A stretch of 44,402 nt of DNA from Welwitschia mirabilis (lineage: Eukaryota), in the NCBI GenBank assembly GCA_051453625.1, contig JBOZIK010000001.1, forward strand, positions 14,681,907 through 14,726,308. The letters run 5' to 3'. Shown piece after piece: positions 39,581 through 44,402 of this stretch (the first letter of the stretch is position 1; each line of letters starts with the position of its first letter). The notes under the pieces were generated by a model that was not told the origin of the DNA, did no database searches, and saw only the letters and a list, made by a program, of their open reading frames with translations. Position numbers and translations under genes: made by a program.

Positions 39581-40567
39581 TTTCAGGTTCTAGAGTTTAG
39601 ATTGGTTAAAAATCTAAATATGGACTCAACTTAGCTATGATACCAAATTTGGGGATTGAGAANNNNNNNNNNGGTGAATAGGTTCTTAAAATATTTAAAT
39701 AAACTCATGATAAAAATTCACTTAAAATAGATCACTAGAAAACTTATGCATAAATACTAAAAGTATTGAAAAAATGAAAATAATGGAAAGCATAAAAATA
39801 CCAATCAAATGCATACAAATTTTATAGTGATTTAGGAAATTCCATACTCCACTCTTGATTATCAGCTTATCACCAAGCTTAATCTGTATCTTTATTAATT
39901 CTTCTAGGTATTGTAGGTTTACTTGTAACCTTTACACATAGACTTTTGTAGGCTAAGTCATAACCTTTTTGAATGGACTTTTCTAGACTAAGTCTCAATG
40001 TTTTCAAATAGACTTTTCAAGGCTAAGTCTCAACCTTTTTAAATGGACTTTTGTAGGATAAGTTTCAACCTTTAAAAGATGTGGTAGTAATTGTAAAATG
40101 CCCAACCACACTAACATCACTCGTTCCTTAACTCAATGATATTAATGAATCTCTTCTCTTATAAATGATACAAACTACAAATAATGAAGTACAAAGATAT
40201 GATCTTGTATACAAAGATACAATAAATGTTATTTGGTCCTTAGTCAAGAATGCAATGTCAAGATATTACAATGATAAATTATAAGTTTCAATTATTCAAC
40301 AAAAGATTTTTCAATTATGTCTCTTTTAGATATTTATAATAGAAGGCTTTTAGGATTATTACAATTAAAAACATCTAATGACTAGAAAATGGCTACATAA
40401 CAGATATAAAATATCTATTTTTATTTCAATCAGTCAACTCCTCAAATTTCTAGTTAATCATTCCTTGNNNNNNNNNNNNNNNNNNNNNNNNNNNNNNNNN
40501 NNNNNNNNNNNNNNNNNNNNNNNNNNNNNNNNNNNNNNNNNNNNNNNNNNNNNNNNNNNNNNNNNNN

Positions 40568-41718
40568 CATTCCTTATATAGCTCTTGATAAGTATCTTCT
40601 ATCTTATCTTGTTCTTCATCAATTATATCCAAATCATCAGGCATTGATGTGCTAGGTAAGTTCTAAAATGGAGACACAATTACCATGAAAGATAGTCTTT
40701 TGTCTCTATTTGATTCTTTATCTGAACTACTATCATCATCCTCATTTTCATTATTCCATGTTATAACAAACGAAGAATTTTTTGATTTTCTGTGATATCT
40801 TGTGATATTTGAGCATTCATTAACCATATATCTAAATCCTTTGTAATAATAGCATTGTATTTCTTTTCTTTTATCTTGTTCCTTTTTATACTTTGGGTGT
40901 TCTTTTTTCGTGCTTCTAATTGATTCACCTTCCTTTTTCCTTCTATGCAAGAATTTTTTGATCCTTTTTGCTAGGAAAGCAACTTCATCATCATCTAGTT
41001 CTTCATTTGACTTCTCAAACCTGTATCCTTTCTACACACTCTTTAAGGAAATACCTTTTTTTTAATCTTTAGTAAATTTTAATTCATAAGTTTGAAAATT
41101 ACCTTGAAGCTCTTCTAATACCATTGTGTTGATGCTTTTACTTTCCTCGATTGCTATGACTTTAAGTTCAAATCTATTTGGAAGAGATCTTAGTACTTCT
41201 TTGACCACTTTTACTTCATTCAAACATTCACTTAGACTTTCCATGGGGTTTACGATGTTTGTAAGTTTGGTAAATAACTCTTGTAATATCTCCTCCCTAT
41301 CTATGTGAATATCTTCAAATAATAAGAATTTAAATCTTAGCTTTCTTTACAGTGGGCGTTCCTTTATGAATGACTTCAAGAATATCCCATGCCTCCTTTG
41401 TATGATTATAATTTACAATATGTTTAAGTTCATTATAAAAACTACACAAAATATAGCATTAAGAGCACAAGCATCTATGGTGGCTTTGATTTTATTAGTG
41501 GTAGTCTATTAATTTTGGGATTTGGGAACCAAAATGGTATTATCATTTGTATTAGTTTTTGCTAACATAGGCACAGTATACCCTTTATAAATAACCTCTT
41601 CAATATTTGCATCTAGGGATCTAAGGAGTATTCATATTTTGACTTTTCAATGCACATAATTTGATCCAGTGAACAAAGTTGGATGACCAGTGGAAAATCT
41701 CTTAGGGGAATTACTCAT
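40568..41718 (-). pseudogene. Sirevirus gag, copy B (N-terminal part)
   Basis: HPTLFTGSNYVH*KVKI (cf. RPPLFDGTNY.YWK.RM), AKEAWDILEVIHKGT, VLRSLPNRFELKVIAIEESK, decayed knuckle IQCYYYKGFRYMVNEC. Confidence 0.88.
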
Positions 41719-41771
41719 TTTCAGGTTCTACAGTCTAGATTGGTTAAAAATCTGAAGATGGACTCAACTTA

Positions 41772-41783
41772 GCTCTGATACCA
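41772..41783 (-). other. Primer-binding site for initiator tRNA-Met
   Basis: GCTCTGATACCA = reverse complement of TGGTATCAGAGC, next to the 5' LTR; one-mismatch copy at 39634-39645. Confidence 0.95.
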
Positions 41784-41785
41784 AA

Positions 41786-43721
41786 TTTGGAATTGAGAAC
41801 CCTAGAGGAGGGGTGAATAGGTTCTTAAAATATTTAAATAAACTCATGGTAAAAATTCACTTAAAATAGATTACTAGAAAACTTATGCTTAAATACTGAA
41901 AGTATTGAGAAAAATGAAAATAATGGAAAGCATAAAAATACTGATCAAATGGATACAAATTTTATAGTGATTCGGGAAATTCCATACTCCACTCTTGATT
42001 ATCAGCTTATCTCCAAGCCTAATCTAGATCTTTGTTAATTCTTCTAGGTATTATAGGTTTACCTGTAACCTTTATACAGAGACTTTTGTAGGCTAAGTCA
42101 TAACCTTTTCGAATAGACTTTTCTATACTAAGTCTCAACATTTTCAAATAGACTTTTCGAGGCTAAGTCTCAACCTTTTCAAATGGACTTTTTTAGGCTA
42201 AGTTTCAACCTTCAAAAGATGTGGTAGTAATTGTAAAATACCCAACCACATTAATATCACTCATTCCTAGGCTCAATGATATTAATGAATTTCTTCTCTT
42301 ATAAATGATACAAACTACAAATAATGAAGTACAAAGATCTGACCTTATATGCAAAGATACAATAGATGTTAACTAGTCCTTAGTCAAGAATGCAATGTCA
42401 AGATATTACAATGATAAATTATAAGTTCCAATTATTCAGCAAAAGATTTTTCAATTATGTCTCTCTTAGATATTTATAATAAAAGGCTTTTAGGGTTATT
42501 ACAATTAAAAGCATCTAATGCCTAGAAAATGGCTACATAATGGATATAAAATTTCTATTTTTATTCCAATCAGTCAACCCCTCAAATTTCTAGTTGATCA
42601 CTCCTTGTACCATGACTTAAACAGATTACTCAAGTGAACTATTGGGTCACCTCAGTTTCTTACGGCTCCATGTCTAGTTAAACCCTTAAGGTTTGGTTGA
42701 TTGCTCATCTGGCCATCTGCNNNNNNNNNNNNNNNNNNNNNNNNNNNNNNNNNNNNNNNNNNNNNNNNNNNNNNNNNNNNNNNNNNNNNNNNNNNNNNNN
42801 NNNNNNNNNNNNNNNNNNNNTTAAGGTTTGGTTGATTGCTCATCTGGCCATCTGCATATCTATTTAATCACTTGCTCATTCCTGATAAAATCCATTATAG
42901 TTTTCTGCATCAGATTTGGTCAATCCCTCAGGTGTCTAGTCGACCCCTTGATGATTGGCTTAGGGATATCAAATGCATAGTGCTTAGGTCTAGTTGACCC
43001 CTCCTAGGTCTAATATACCCCTTAACAATCTATTCAATAGTACTGATTGTTAGGTTCATAGGTCTGGTCAATCCCTTAGAAGTTCATTTGACCCCTCTGA
43101 ATTTATTTAATTCTGAGAGTTTGCTCCAGATGTGGTCAACTCCTTAGAAGTCCGGTTGATNNNNNNNNNNNNNNNNNNNNNNNNNNNNNNNNNNNNNNNN
43201 NNNNNNNNNNNNNNNNNNNNNNNNNNNNNNNNNNNNNNNNNNNNNNNNNNNNNNNNNNNNATATCTATTTAATCACTTGCTCATTTCTAATAAAAGTCAT
43301 TCTAGTTTTCTACATCAGGTCTGGTCGATCCCTCAAGTGTCTAGTCAACCCCATGATGATTAGATTAGGAATATTAAATGCACAGGGCTCAGGTCTAGTT
43401 AACCCCTAATAGGTGCAATCTACCCCTTGAAAATCTGTTCAATCTCAGGTTCATAGATTTGGTCAAGCTTTCAGAAGTTCATTCGACCCCTCTGAATTTA
43501 GTTCAATTCTGAGAGTTTGCTCCAGATGCGGTCAACTCCTTAGAAGTCCGAACAATCCCTTAAGAGAATAATTGAACTTGGTAGGTTTCAATGATCAAAA
43601 TGTAACATTACTAGCTTTAGTTTCTGACCTGCAAGTAATTAATATTTTTTGCATAAGATACATAAATTTTGCTTCATAGAAAATATTAATTTGATATCAA
43701 TTGAAAATACATAATCTAACA
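41786..43721 (-). repeat. 5' LTR of the Sirevirus (partial duplicate at 39648-40467)
   Basis: Homologous to 32977-34477; ATTCACCCCTCCTCT terminus; reverse TATA tatttata at 42471-42478; ends ...tctaaca at 43721. Confidence 0.9.
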
Positions 43722-44045
43722 CACAGAAGTTTCACCATTATATGATGATAAATAAAATGATTATGATTAATAATTAGAATCTATTCAAAATTTACCCAAA
43801 TATTCTACTGAAAGTACTCATATAATAAATTGGGCATTAATTCTTACTAAGTTCAACTTGGAATTTTGATCCTAAAATTCTATCTAAAGTAAATGCATAG
43901 TTGAACAAATAGCAAATCTACTAGTAGAAATCGAGGATGAAATCTCAGAGAAATCTAAACAATTTCGATGAAAAAATTTACTTCATTAAAGTCAAAAAGA
44001 ACTATGATACATTTATATTTGTCGATGGTATATCAAATAGTATTA
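43722..44045 (+). pseudogene. Continuation of gypsy RNase H and start of additional RNase H (aRH)
   Basis: QKFHHY...IINWALILTKFNLEF (cf. QKLRHY...LAKWALLLSEFDI) then FIFVDGISN (cf. W.LYFDGSS) at ~44015-44040. Confidence 0.7.
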
Positions 44046-44048
44046 CAA

Positions 44049-44402
44049 TGTGAATTTATGCAATTCTAAAGTCCTTTAGGTAAACCTTTAAATTAAATAA
44101 CTTGCAGAAAAAACACACTATTATAGATGGAAGTTCATCTAAATGTCATAATTCTAACGAAAGAACTAGGCTTAGATTTAGAGAATTGATTTCCAATATA
44201 GATTTAGATCTTTTATCTTATAAAAATTGAAATAAAATAATTAAGTAAATGTAATGCCAGTGAATGGAGATGAAATGCAGTAAAAGGAAATGGAAATGTA
44301 ATGGATTCCACTTAGATCTTAGTCTTTCTATCACAAGGACTATCTTCTCTATAATTTAGATCAATTAAAAAGAGCATTTAACTAGTTCTTAATCAACATA
44401 AA
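44049..44402. mobile_element. Probable further LTR inserted into the gypsy aRH
   Basis: Coding similarity stops abruptly at a TG (44049) and LTR-like non-coding sequence follows to the window edge. Confidence 0.3.

Larger units (their letters stand above)
32977..43721 (-). mobile_element. Non-autonomous Sirevirus (Ty1/copia SIRE/Maximus): LTR-PBS-gag-protease-[integrase and RT deleted]-RNase H tail-env-like ORF-PPT-LTR
   Basis: Paired LTRs, Met-i PBS, multiple PPTs, TSD CATAG/CACAG, Sirevirus gag motifs. Length inflated by assembly duplications (36395-38200, 38430-42607 and within the LTRs). Confidence 0.9.
28635..44045 (+). mobile_element. Decayed Ogre/Tat-lineage Ty3/gypsy element, interrupted by a Sirevirus at 32977-43721
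   Basis: gag, His/Cys knuckle, protease, RT, RNase H and the start of a second RNase H in gypsy order; reading frame rejoins across the TSD. LTRs not seen. Confidence 0.85.

Noticed and set aside
38430..42607. Apparent three-LTR tandem element with two gag genes and two PBS
   Set aside because: The duplication is centred on an N gap like the others in the window; best explained as alternate haplotypes.
1302..42843. Many ORFs in the supplied track containing X runs
   Set aside because: They stay open only because N gaps have no stop codons; not evidence for genes.
1..44402. Fungal RIP or organellar/prokaryotic origin
   Set aside because: The TE lineages (Athila, Ogre/Tat, Sirevirus) are plant-type, and no organellar or bacterial genes are visible.

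Overview
AT-rich, CpG-depleted plant heterochromatin from a gappy draft assembly. I see no intact host gene, RNA gene or CRISPR array. The window is a stack of decayed, nested transposons. In order: the 3' end of an Athila-like Ty3/gypsy element (integrase C-terminus, env-like ORF remnant, probable 3' LTR); a Sirevirus-type copia derivative keeping little more than RNase H; a minus-strand copia gag-pol remnant; a probable Sirevirus solo LTR; a CACTA terminus; and an Ogre/Tat gypsy gag-pol. The gypsy RNase H is split by a structurally complete but non-autonomous Sirevirus (32977-43721) with both LTRs, PBS, PPT, a 5-bp TSD, gag, protease and an env-like ORF, but with integrase and RT removed by an in-frame deletion. 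Nearly every N-gap is flanked by two diverged copies of the same sequence, most likely two haplotypes or subgenomes assembled in tandem. Most ORFs in the supplied track are N-run artefacts or TE fragments. I found no convincing new biological system; the best leads are the deletion-derived Sirevirus structures and the diverged-haplotype mosaic. All protein matches are by eye against remembered family consensus motifs, and all percentages are by-eye estimates.
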